Below the pieces are notes generated by a model. The model was given only the letters and a program-made list of their open reading frames with translations, was not told where the DNA came from and searched no databases. From NCBI GenBank assembly GCA_001600815.1, contig BCKZ01000011.1:537622-601621 (forward strand): 64,000 nucleotides of DNA, in the 5' to 3' direction. The stretch comes from Alloascoidea hylecoeti (taxonomy: Eukaryota). Below are positions 52,204-64,000 of this stretch, piece after piece. Each line of letters opens with the position of its first letter. Within the stretch, counting starts at the first letter, position 1. A program made the position numbers and the translations under genes.

Positions 52204-53794
52204 ATGAGGACAAACTTATCCTCAAACCACCCTCATCATCATCCTCATCCTCACAACAACAGTAATAATAATAATAATGCAAACCCAAATTCAAACCACC
52301 AGCCAAAAAGTATACATATTTATATTGTTTGTTTCCGCTGTGGACATAATTAATTAACCTCCCTACTTTTTCTCCTTTCTAGATCTATCTCATGTTCCGT
52401 GTAAATTCTTTTTACAAGGCTCTTGCCAGGCCGGGGATTCTTGTCTATTCTCCCATAACGTTGATGATCGGGTCCAATGGGAACAAAAACCCTGTAAATA
52501 CTTTCAAAAAGGTCATTGTAAATTTGGTTTAATGTGTGCTTTAGCCCATATCTTACCTGATGGTACTGTTGTTAATTCAAAACAGAATATAAATTTAATT
52601 AATACTATTAATAATCAAGTTGGTGCAAAAGCCGCCGGCTTTAGCAATTTAAATAATGACAATGATGGTAATAATCATAATAGAAATATTTCTGGTTCTT
52701 TTGGGTCTGTTTCAACTCCGGTTGGTCCTTATCTTTCAAATAACAATATTAATACTAATTATCATAATATTAACCAACAACAAAAATTATTAAATCATGA
52801 ATATGCTATATTAGATGATGATGATGAGTTACAATTCAACTCAAATCCAAACTCAACTTCAAATTCAAATTCAAATTCCGATTTAAATTTAAATTTATCT
52901 TATCTGCAGGAAGACTTAATCCCTTCATCTTTATCTGAATTATTAACACCACAAGAATTAAAGAGAAGAAGAGATTCAAAAAATAATTCCAATTTCAATT
53001 TTAATTCAAATTCAAACAATACTGGTAATAATATTCATAATCGAAATTCTTCTTTTTCAGTCGCAACAACTCCTGATATTTGGAGTACTTCACCATATTC
53101 TTTAAACACAAATGGAAATGGAAGATCAATTTCTTCAATATCGAGTGGTACGACAACACCAACAACAAATATTATGAGTTTTAATAAAACTAATACTACT
53201 ACTAATACTACTACTATTGCTACTAATAATAATAGTATTAATAGTCCAGTTAACAATATCACCCATAATAATTATAATCATAATCATAAATATTCTTTTA
53301 ATTTTTCTCCTCCATCTTCATTACCATCTTATAATAATAATAATAGTAATGCAAATCAATCATCATTAAACCTGAACACAAATTTAAATTCAAATTCTAA
53401 CTCAAATATATTCCAATCATCTTCATCTTTCCCTTCATTAACTTCAATATCAATGCGTTCTTCTTCGTTATCATCACCAATTTCATCTTCATTTTCTCTA
53501 ACTTATTCATCAAATCAAAATTTAAATAATAATTATAATCATATTAATAATTCATTACCATTAAGTTATACAAATTCTTATTCAAATTCAATTCCAAATT
53601 CAAATTGGAATTCAGGAAATACAAATTCATCATTGAATTTAAAAAATCAATCACAATCAAGATTATTTCCAAATATTAAAGGTAATTCAAATAATAATAA
53701 TTTGAGTATTAATTTAAATAATGATGAACAATTATTTTTTATGGAAGAATATAGTAACATTAATATTAATACTAGTAATAATAATGGATGGTAA
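52204..53794 (+). CDS. LEE1: Tandem CCCH zinc-finger protein (Lee1/Cps3 family); exons 52204-52309, 52383-53794
   Basis: Spliced KNLSHVPCKFFLQGSCQAGDSCLFSH...CKYFQKGHCKFGLMCALAH; EDLIPSSLSELLTPQELKRR motif; intron GTATAC..ATTAAC..TAG. Confidence 0.85.
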
Positions 53795-54813
53795 TATAAT
53801 GATGATAAATTCGGGATTTGGCATTGATATAGCTTTAAAAGGAAAGGAAAATGTTTAAAAATTGAACTTAAAAACATAAAAGGACTTATTTTATCTTTAT
53901 CTTTAAAAAAAGATTTAACTTATTTTATATTTATTTTTATTTTAGAATAACTGTTATACGTAATATGATAATTGCAATTAGGAATGATCGGAAAAAGAAA
54001 AGAACTAAAAAAGAAAAAAAAATATTAAATGAAATGAAAAATATGTGGAAAAAGGAAATAAAAAAAAACAAAAAAAGGAAATAAAAAAAGGAAACAAAAA
54101 AAATTATGAAAAAAAAGTTTGCTTTATACACAACAAAACAAAAATATACACTAGATATGATTGATTACACTACACTACACACTTATAACAAAATATATAC
54201 TACCAAATAGAAAGGTAAAAGAAATTAAAAAAATATGACCGAACAAAAAAAAAAAGTTATTGTAATTGGGGATGATGATTATGACAAGAAAGGGTACAAA
54301 AAGAAATATACTTTTCTATATTTTAGAGGACAAAAACGTTTTTAATAATTAATTATAATTATAGAAAATGGTAGCAAAATTGGGGGAACAAAAATTAAAA
54401 CTTCTTTTAAAAATGTTTTTTTTAAAAAATTAATCTTTATTTTCTTTTATTCTTCTTCTTTTTAATTAATTAATAATTATATATATTGTTTTCTCTTTTA
54501 TATATTTTATATATTTTGCAACAGATTTTTGATTTTTATTATTATGATTAGTATTGTTATCACACAAAAATTAATATTTATATTTATTTTGATTTGTTAC
54601 TAGATTATAATTATATATATATATATACTTTTACTATTTATTTATATTCTTTTTATGAAATAAATTTTTTTTTATATATTTTTTATACTCAGAACTTGAC
54701 AAATCCGGGTTACATACATATACACATATATAAATTAGTAACCAGAAATAGTAAATAAAAGATATGAAGAATTTTCTTCCTTTTTTCTTCCTTTTTTCTC
54801 AGATCTAGAGGTT

Positions 54814-54948
54814 GAGTTGTAATTTGAAGATGGTAACTTTGNCTTTGGCCCTTGCCTATGTTCCTTGGAACAAGATGTCACAGAGGGTGAGAATCCCCTG
54901 CGGCGAGGTGATCCATTGCTTTATAAAGTGCTATCGAAGAGTTGGGAA
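54814..54948 (+). rRNA. Dispersed, degenerate 25S/26S rRNA D1-region fragment (not a functional gene)
   Basis: GAGTTGTAATTTG..., CTATGTTCCTTGGAACA, AGAGGGTGAGAATCCC and TCGAAGAGT are conserved LSU D1 blocks; isolated in AT-rich intergenic DNA; one N at 54842. Confidence 0.92.
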
Positions 54949-55240
54949 GAAACTATTAAATATAACAATATATGTTATCCTGCTAAAATAAAATCACCTG
55001 ATAGTATTATGCTTAATTCGTGGAAAAAAACAAAAAATAATCGTATACTTAAACTTATCATTTGTGATTTCTCCGTGGAATTATACAAAGATCATTAAAT
55101 AATTAAACTTGAATGTGTCCATAGGGTAGTAAGCGTACTGAATAACAGTATATCTTACTTTGAGAAGTCTCTATTCAACCAAGGTAAGAAGATAACCGTC
55201 TAAATCGTTAATGGTACAAATTTCAGCAAACAATATTGTC

Positions 55241-55256
55241 CACGTGAGCGTGACTT
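55241..55256. promoter_or_regulatory. CACGTGA (Cbf1-type) plus adjacent GTGACT (Homol-D-like) upstream of RPL31
   Basis: Motifs about 160 bp upstream of a ribosomal protein ATG; function inferred. Confidence 0.4.
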
Positions 55257-55403
55257 ACTTTTCCCAATCAGGAAGCACAGGTTCCAGCGTAAATTGAATT
55301 TTCCCTGCGTATATATCAGTCCTAACAAATTTTATATTTCACTTTACCCAATTGAAATTTGAAAAACAACTGCAAATCATATAATAATAAAATTAACGAC
55401 AAA

Positions 55404-55881
55404 ATGGCTGGAAAGAATGCTTTAAACGACGTTGTTACTCGTGAATATACGATTAATCTTCACAAGAGGGTATGTCTCTTTTTTGGTTTTTCAGATTTGT
55501 TACAAAATATAATTAAGAGTAATATGCTATCAAATATTGAAACATCGAAGATATCGCAGTTAATAATTAAGAACTTATCTCTAACAAATCAAATTATAGC
55601 TTCATGGAATTCAATTTAAGAAGAGAGCTCCAAAAGCCGTTAAACAAATCAAAGCATTTGCCAAATTACACATGGGTACAACAGATGTTCGTCTTGATCC
55701 AAAATTAAATACTGCAATTTGGTCAAGAGGTATTCAAGGTGTTCCATTTAGATTAAGATTAAAAATTTCACGAAAAAGAAATGAAGAAGAAGATGCTAAA
55801 GAGAAATTATTTTCTTATGTTGAAATTGTAAATGTTGCAAATCCAAAAGGTTTACAAACTGTTGTTGTTGAAGATAACTAA
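55404..55881 (+). CDS. RPL31: 60S ribosomal protein eL31; exons 55404-55469, 55600-55881
   Basis: [29 protein letters not shown]...[10 protein letters not shown]; intron GTATGT..CTCTAAC..TAG. Confidence 0.97.
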
Positions 55882-56495
55882 ATTCAAATTCAAATTCAAA
55901 TTTAAAAATGAAACAATTTATAATATTTATAATATATCAGAATAATATTAATTATTAATATTTAATTGTTAAAAGAAATGAAAAAAAGGAATCATTTGTT
56001 TTCTGTATCTATAATCTTTTTCTTTTTTTCTTGTCGTTTAATATTGTATTTAACTTAAGAAACTTATGATTACAATTACAATATAAACTATCAAAAAGTA
56101 AATTAAAGATATAAATGCCTCCGCTATAATCTATAACCTAGTGTTAATATCAATAAAGTAACGTTATTTGAATTAAAATAAGTGAAATTATATTCACACT
56201 TCGTATTTCTCTTCTTATAATTAGTTATGATATATTGATGGGTTAAACTTTAAAGAAATAGTAATAAATACAACAAACAAAATATCAAACAATATGCATA
56301 TGCTGAATCAAATAGATAAAAAAAGACTTTTAAATTTGTAGTATGGACTGTGTATGTATGGTACAAGTGGCCCTCGTATAATATAATTATAGAACACTCC
56401 GGATTGTTGATCATAGCTGAATTTCCGAAACAATGACTGAAAATGATGATAGTAATATAAACTGATAGAATCATAACTATGATGATAATTTTTGT

Positions 56496-56714
56496 TTATT
56501 TCTTGATATCTTCGATATATTCATTTAAATCTTCTTCATCGAAAATGACCTGAATCATTAAAGAACAACTTGGACAAACTGCAACATCTTCACCATCTAT
56601 TAGATCATCTAAACATATTTGAAAACGATCACCACATGGACATGGATAAGTAAAGAGTTGTGTGTCTGGGTCGAAGACCATATCTTCGATTTCAACCTCA
56701 TCGTAGAAAGACAT
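56496..56714 (-). CDS. KTI11: Diphthamide biosynthesis protein 3 (CSL zinc finger)
   Basis: [24 protein letters not shown]. Confidence 0.96.
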   Translation of the reverse strand: MSFYDEVEIEDMVFDPDTQLFTYPCPCGDRFQICLDDLIDGEDVAVCPSCSLMIQVIFDEEDLNEYIEDIKK

Positions 56715-57686
56715 TTTTAATGTACATATAAATAAACATTTTAAAAAAGTGAAAAGTTTGTAATTTTATTATTATTGTGGTGTTTGGATGTTTTATCAAT
56801 GCAATGATACAAACCCAATAAATGTGGACTTTAAGACATGATTCCATCGCAATTGGAAAGTTATTTTGAAAGCGTTACAAAAGCCCAAAATTGAGATTTA
56901 GATCCTTTGAAAGAATGCCGGAAAACTTATGGTATGATTATCACTAAATTGAAATTAATTTTTGTTTCTTTTATTGGAGTTGAAAGAAGTAGTTATTCAA
57001 AAGAAGTAGAAAATTAATTTGTTGGAAATACAAATGTTGATTTGGATAAGTTTGATTTAGAGAAAAAAAATGCTCTTGATGTTTAAAAATACAGACAGTT
57101 CCTCAATTTGAAGGTTATATCGATGGTGATGGTGCTTTAGAAGTAGAAGAAGAGTACGTTACGGTTCCCTATATACCAAAAATCGAGAATACATCTACGA
57201 ACAAAACATTGGCGTCCAATCGGTACAAGATTAATGTCATACTGATCACATCAAAGATTTAATGAAAATTGAGTTCCAAGCTCTAGATTTATACTTATAA
57301 ATTCACGGATATTATGGCTTAAGATCTCTGACACTGGGAGCAGTGATTTATTCCCTACTTCCTGATAGAATCTAACTTACGAGAAATCTATTAAACTGTA
57401 GAACGTTATATACATGGGTTTGTGGAGATATGAATAAAGATGTCGGACAAAAAGTTGTTGAATGGATCAGCAAGAAGATAAGGATGGTCAAAAGACATAG
57501 TTTGAAGTAGTCATGTTCATCTTAATAATAATTTTGTGTTTCATCAATTGATTTTTTAGATATTTTGTCATTTTTGATCTAGTAGTTACCCTGCCATATC
57601 CAATAACAAACGAAACCTCCTTTTTATCTCCATTTTATTACTTTCCTTTTCCTTTAGAAGTTTCTTCAGTTTAAGTTGATTCTGTG

Positions 57687-59978
57687 ATGTATGCACCTCA
57701 GGCGAAGGTCAGTAGAAATTATCGATGATATAATAATTGTCTTGCTGGCTCCAAATAGCTAACTGTTTTTCATTTGTTTTTCATTTACAGGACTCGCCAT
57801 ATATTTTGAACACTGGCAATTTGAGAATTCTATGTATTGCAGAAATAAGAGGTATGTTTGTTTGCATTCTCATTTCTTATTCTGGTGAATGTTGCAACTT
57901 TTTGGCTTTACCATCGCGTCTGATGTTCAAACTAATAATTTAATGCTTACTTTGTAGGTGAATTATCAAAATTAAACACACTTGCAAAACAATACAATGC
58001 TAATTGTATAATCCATACTGGTAATTTTGGATTTTTGGATTCTTCAAGTATCAATCGTATAAATGATGTTTACTTAAAGCATATTGCTGCATTTTCAAAT
58101 CTTTTAGATCCAGAAACTTCTGAAAAAATTAGATCTTTACCAAACATTAGAGAAGAAAAAGAAGATGATATTGAAGAATCAACACAAATTGATTTAAAAT
58201 CAGATTTAAAATTATTATTAAAAGGTAAAAATTTATCTGAATTATCTGATTTTATAAATAATAAAAAAAAATTAAATATACCAGTTTATACAATTTATGG
58301 TATTGCTGAAGATTCAATAATTGTTAATAAATTTAGAAATGGTAATTTAAAAATTAAAAATTTATATTTAATTGATGAAACAAATACCGAAACAATTATA
58401 ACTTCAAATGGTTTAAAAATCAATTTATTTGGTCTTGGTGGAACTTGGTTGTTACATAAATTATTTGATCATGGGAAAAAAATTAATAATCAAGATGATG
58501 ATGATCTTGATAATAATATAAATAAATTAAAAACAACAAAAAAGAAACAATCAACTCCAACTTTATCTGCTGCTGGTAATCCTGGTAATATGTGGATAAC
58601 TGCTTTGCAAATTGGTCAATTGATTAAAACCGTTGAATCAACTTATTCTGATGATCATATTAGAATTTTTATAACTCATCCATCTCCAGCGAGAGAAGGT
58701 TTATTAAGTCAATTGGCTGTTTTCTTAAGAGCTGATTATACAATTTCAAATGGTTTACATTTCATTTATCCAAGTAGTTATAATGAATTTAGTATTAATC
58801 CAAATTTTGATAGATATAAATTAAAATTAAGTGATTCAAGAAATCAATTTGCTGGAATTTGGAGAACTGTTAAACCACAAGTTATATCCTTAGTCGAAAA
58901 TGAACCTGAATTAAAACAATTATTATCTTTAGCTTTAGATGCAATTGATAAAACTCCAACTTTGAATCTTAATACAATTGAACCAATTTCTTTATCAACA
59001 ACTTCATCATCTTCAACTAATAATATTCAAAAAGTAAATCATCAACCACAACAATTAGATAATCATTATATTGCTTTTCAAAACTTATGGCATTTTAACC
59101 TTGGTGATGTTCAAAGTACAGTATTATTATTAAATATAGTTAATGGGAAATTTAAAATTGAATTACATTCTGAAGGATTTGATTTTAATTTTAGAAAAGA
59201 ACATGTTCCAAGACAAGCAATTACTACAACTGAAACTTCGTCAATACCTTCTTCGTCTTATAATAAAGTAACGACGACCACGACGACCACTACCACCACT
59301 GCCAATAAATCTAATCCAACAACAACTCCAGCAACTCCAGCCATTACTAATTCTCCTCCAACTAATTATGCAGAGGCTGCTAAAAATAGTATTAGTGGGA
59401 ATGGTGGACATTCCAATCCAGGTGCTTATAAACCACCACGAAGATCAATTGCAACAGATTCAACCTCAACCTCACCAATTAATAACAGCAACAATACTGA
59501 TAATACTTTTGAGAAAACCCGTGAAAGAACTCATGAACTTTCACATCAAACAATTCATAAAAAATCCTCAAGACCAGGAGTCTGGATTTCTAATGCAAAT
59601 AATCTGACAGGAATTGATGAATCTAAATATGAACAGATTAAACATTATTTTAGAGAAATTGATCGTAAAAATATAGTTGAAATCGAAATAAAATCAACTA
59701 TTCCACTAGTTGGTTCACCACGTAAATTTGCGTTAGTTTATTTTAATACTGATGAAAATGCTTTAGAAGCTTTAAAATATGTTGATTTGGCTAAAGCAGA
59801 AAAGGCAACAATTTTAGAAGATAGAGTTAGAAACCCATCAAAAAATAATAGCAGTAATGGAAATACTAATAATTTGAATTCAAATGGATCGATTGGTGTG
59901 AGAGGTGGAAGGGGAAGTGGAAGAAGTTATTCAAGTCGTGGGAATAAATCATATCGTGGCAATTTAAAACGTAATTAA
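57687..59978 (+). CDS. DUF2433-type protein: metallophosphoesterase-like N-terminus, RRM-like C-terminus, RGG tail; exons 57687-57707, 57791-57851, 57958-59978
   Basis: RILCIAEIRG|ELSKLN...IIHTGNFGF; THPSPAREGLL; GLHFIYPSSYNEFSINP. Introns GTCAGT..GCTAAC..CAG and GTATGT..ACTAAT..TAG keep the frame. Confidence 0.8.
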
Positions 59979-60010
59979 ATGATACAAAAAAGAAAAATTG
60001 AGAAAAATAA

Positions 60011-60012
60011 AG

Positions 60013-60042
<30 letters not shown>
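60011..60042. repeat. (GAA)n microsatellite
   Basis: About 10 copies. Confidence 0.9.
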
Positions 60043-60046
<4 letters not shown>

Positions 60047-60384
60047 CATCAAAGAATTGAATGAAATTAAATATGGATATGGATATAAATATAAAATCAA
60101 AAACACAGTTAAAGATTAAGATGAAAAAATTAAAATCTATACTGAATTTTATTGCATTTTTTTTCTCGGATGTTGAAATCTAAATATTAATTAATGATAA
60201 AGAAATCATATAGTTAAGGAAAGAAAGAAAAAAAAGATTTCTTTGTTAAGATGTTGTTTTGTCCTTTTAAATATCAAGTGTATGATTAAGTCTGATTAAA
60301 AAGTATATTAAGAATTCTCAACTTACAATATTATAAACTATTTTTTTTCAATTAATTGTAAATCTAATTAAAATTACTTTCGAA

Positions 60385-61360
60385 TGTGCTGTGTAGCCCG
60401 ATGTCGCTCTCTAACAATAAACGCGGTAAACCTTGATGAACTTTATTTGAGAATATCTCATCGAAGCATTAATCATTTTGACCATTACAAATTTGATTGA
60501 CTCAGCTGACTACAGGGAGGTATATATCGTCCATAGCGCTATTTGGTCAGATCAGGTTATACCTACGCTGAAACTGGCAGAATTGTAAAGGTTCCACGGA
60601 ATACCTCGATACAAAACATCTGGTACCATAAAGTATACACACCAAAGTTGTCTTCGAGAGATCATAGGGCTCTAATAAGTGGACCACAAATAACCCCAAC
60701 GAAAAAATCCAAAGAATTAGCATCTACGGAGAGAATTAAGGTGCTTCATACGACATTTCATTTGAATACATGCTGATGTCATTATTATGTGGAGAGAATT
60801 AAAGTTCACCTGGAAAAAATGATCAGGAAACGGTGAAAGCAACCGTAAGAAAGACGTTTAACTTTCCTTATCAAATATTTACATTTTAAAATTCTCAGAT
60901 GCGTCTTCTATGTCAACATTTGTCATATTAGTGACCCTTTTTTCAAAAAAGGAACTATAAAAACAATTCCGGATATTTTTATACCAAAGTTAAAAATTCA
61001 AAGATTCAAAACTGTGAACGCATCTAAAGTTCATGATAAACACTGATCTGGCAAAAGAGTATCCAGAGTTAGCCATAATGAAACGTATTGTTAAGAAAGT
61101 AAAGGATCGTCTTTTTCAGTATCATTTCCAGAGTTATGAGATCAGCCACAGATCAATCGTTTTTTGACCAGCTGATCCTTTTCATGTCAAAGCGACTAAA
61201 ACTAGTTGTAGAAGCAAAAGAAGGGCATACCTACTACTAGAATTTTCTCCAGTAATATTTAGACAAGTTAGAAATCGTTTATATTTGGTTTAGTAATAAT
61301 TCCTTAAGAATTTCTCCTTTAATCAAAATTTTATACGCGCAACATCCGACTGCCTATGTA
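60385..61360 (+). mobile_element. Internally deleted, decayed Tc1/mariner element
   Basis: HTH GYTYAETGRIVKVPRNT, PKLSSRDHRAL, and C-terminus QLILFMSKRLKLVVEAKEGHTYY* (stop 61238-61240); weak degenerate TIR candidates near 60385-60410 and 61336-61360. Confidence 0.8.
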
Positions 61361-61746
61361 CATATATAACTGTTGTTAATTAGTTTTTTAAGTATAAATC
61401 TCCCCTAACTCATTTCCTCTTTATAACTTTAAAATACCCATGACCATCGGAGTATCAAATATTATATACTTCATTTTATTTGTTGAACTACTAGTTAGAG
61501 TGCACAAATTGAGAAAACTATAAAATTAAATCAAATTAATATGATAAATTTACCTTATGAGTGAAATACTGAAAACTATTGTTGCTATATTATGTTGGAT
61601 ATATATTACACTCTTAGAACAGTTCACTAAAGGGTCGATTGGCTTTTTGGCGCAACTGGGAGAACAGGCACTTTGAACTTTAACATATTATAATTATACT
61701 TATATAATATATATTTCTACTATCAGCTATAAGATTACATCAAAAA

Positions 61747-63045
61747 TTAAATTAACGAAGGACATTTCTTGGCTCCAGGGACTACACTTCTTCCTGAAGG
61801 AATAACCTGAATATTGGAATCTTTTGCAACTGCTGAAGTATTAGACTGAGCAATTGAAATCTCTTGACTGTCCATATCATAAACAACATAGGCTGATCTT
61901 AAAAAGGTATCACCCAGTATAGCTGGATTACCGGATGAACTCTCAGCTGATTGAATTCCAAAAAGGCATATGGTGTTATTAAGACTCTCATATATCGATG
62001 GTACATATATCGATGGTATTGGAATCACGAAATCTGAAAGTTTCGTTTTGATAGTAGCACATCCAAGTTTGAATTCAATAATTCTTTGATCGGATGCCCA
62101 AGAGCAATTTAGTAGGGTAAATCCTTTATAAGTTTGGGTTTCAATAGATTCTAATAATGGCGTCAAAACGGCAGCTGGTAAATAAGAGAAACTAGCACCA
62201 CTATCAAAAGCAACATATGATTTAACTGGAACAGTTTTCCCATCAAAACTAATGCTGTCTAACTGGGTACCCAAAGGTGGGCATACTTGTGACGGGAGAG
62301 TGTATAAATCTCCAGTATATAAATTACTATCAACTCCTCCAAATATAAGACTTCCTGATGAGGAATCAGAGGAGTTTAAAAAAAGAGAATAAGCACCAGA
62401 TTTTGTAATTCCAGAGTCGACTAAAGCATGTGGATAATTACGGTAACAAAAGTATTCATTACTTCCTTTACCAGCAAAAATACCATCAGGGCCAAGACCC
62501 AACATCCCCCCTACACGACTGCTGTTCGTTGCTAATCCCAAGCTAAAATCTTTAACTGTCCGCCCAGCAATAGATACATCATCCTTAAACCATTCCCCTG
62601 TTGATCCACTATTATCTTCAAAACTTGATCTAAATTGATTTGAAATATGCTTGTAAGTTGTGGAAAGCGATTTATCAAAATAACCAAATGAACGATTGTA
62701 TTCACCACCAATCACGGAATCTTTAGCAAGAATCCACAAATCAGTAGAGCCAGTATCAACTTGAACAGTAACCTGTTGAGGTGGATTTCCAACTTCAATG
62801 TCAATAAGATATACAAAATTGTACCAAAACGGAGCGATATGTGCATCAACAACCCCAGAACTCGAAATAGCTAGCACTTTCGATGCTGCTGTAGCCATAC
62901 TATCTTCTAATCCAAGTTCACGTTTAAATTCAAGCTGATGCGTACCCGGAACAATATTAGCCACCTCCGCAATAATAGTTGGAATCAATCCCAAGGATAC
63001 AATTGATATTAAATGAAATATTTGGAAATTGAGTTGATACTTCAT
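61747..63045 (-). CDS. Secreted pepsin-like aspartyl protease (yapsin/SAP-like)
   Basis: Signal peptide, KR site, VGNPPQ...VDTGSTDLW, FDSGASF, ILGDTFLRSAYVVYD; no hydrophobic GPI tail. Confidence 0.93.
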   Translation of the reverse strand: MKYQLNFQIFHLISIVSLGLIPTIIAEVANIVPGTHQLEFKRELGLEDSMATAASKVLAISSSGVVDAHIAPFWYNFVYLIDIEVGNPPQQVTVQVDTGSTDLWILAKDSVIGGEYNRSFGYFDKSLSTTYKHISNQFRSSFEDNSGSTGEWFKDDVSIAGRTVKDFSLGLATNSSRVGGMLGLGPDGIFAGKGSNEYFCYRNYPHALVDSGITKSGAYSLFLNSSDSSSGSLIFGGVDSNLYTGDLYTLPSQVCPPLGTQLDSISFDGKTVPVKSYVAFDSGASFSYLPAAVLTPLLESIETQTYKGFTLLNCSWASDQRIIEFKLGCATIKTKLSDFVIPIPSIYVPSIYESLNNTICLFGIQSAESSSGNPAILGDTFLRSAYVVYDMDSQEISIAQSNTSAVAKDSNIQVIPSGRSVVPGAKKCPSLI

Positions 63046-64000
63046 CCTAATATTAAAATTGCAAATATCAAAAGGAAAAAACAACAACAAAGACCGGGTT
63101 TTAACTGTATTTTATATTAAAAGATTTACAGCCAAAATTATTATAAATTTGAACAAAGTATTGATCTTATCTAGCGTTAAGTAACCACACAAACTTAATC
63201 ATAAACTTTACAGTGCCACATTTCTGTTGTTGTATGCATATGCAACTATTATGCATATTAATGTGCATTGGAATTAGGTCAAATCCTGAGAATTCTAAAA
63301 GCTTCCTCTTTGAATACATTTGAGGAGCTGGGATTAATTTCAACATTAGAATATCAGAGCCCTTATAATAACCTTTCTATAAATACATACATAAATATAT
63401 AACATTTCCGGTGAATAATCTCATCTGAATGAAGAGAACCAATTTGCTTTGAACATTTTAACTTTTTTGCAATTTAGATTTGATTATAATATAACTATTG
63501 ACGAGTTCATATTAATACAAATGATGGTAAATGAATGTATAATAATAATGAATTTAAATCTGATATAGGCCTAAAGCATTTTAGTTAAGAGCTGAGGTTG
63601 AATATTGATAAACATAACACATTCACTATAAGATTTAAATTAAAATAAAAAACTTAGGCAAAGTGGAATATGAAAGTTATGTACATATTCAAAAACTTCG
63701 AATTCTATGATGATAATTTAGTGTTAACAATACTAGTACTAGTTATTAATACAAGCACCCCCAAACTTTTAAACGACTTCATTACTAATTATAAATGGAA
63801 AAGCCGGTACCTTCTCGCAACTATTATGCATATATATGGGTGTCAATGCGTCAGTAATATAGGTCTTTATGTGTCTTTGTTATATGTTCTGAGAGTGTCA
63901 TTACTGACTCATTAGTATTATTTATATGATATTTATTCTGTTTTAACCATACATACATGTCTTTTTTTATAGGCTCAAATTCTCAAGATATTCAGAGCGT

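Noticed and set aside
57105..57140. EGYIDGDG, LAGLIDADG-like peptide
   Set aside because: Isolated motif in a short broken frame; likely chance.
1..64000. CRISPR array or prokaryotic operon
   Set aside because: Eukaryotic gene content; no regularly spaced repeat-spacer structure seen.

Overview
AT-rich budding-yeast (Saccharomycotina) chromosomal DNA. CTG occupies conserved Leu positions in Och1, so the standard code is likely. Short introns with varied donors suggest an early-diverging lineage (inference). Protein genes: 5' part of a neurofibromin-like Ras-GAP (IRA1/2), UBA1, an MCH-type MFS transporter, MOG1, OCH1, LST4/FNIP, a three-exon Myb/SANT-like regulator, a DHA1 MFS transporter, an Hsp42-like small HSP, a beta-lactamase-family esterase, a LEE1-like CCCH protein, RPL31, KTI11/DPH3, a DUF2433 protein and a secreted aspartyl protease. 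Also present: tRNA-Ile(AAT), an alcohol-acetyltransferase pseudogene, a dispersed 25S rRNA fragment, and relics of Tc1/mariner, Ty3/gypsy, LTR and MITE elements. The best novel candidate is an unannotated, highly structured minus-strand ncRNA at about 34.1-34.9 kb with telomerase-RNA-like organisation; its putative template predicts a 9-nt telomere repeat, TAGGGCTGA. A sharp GC island across the OCH1/LST4 junction is also notable. All calls were made by eye; no searches or folding programs were run.
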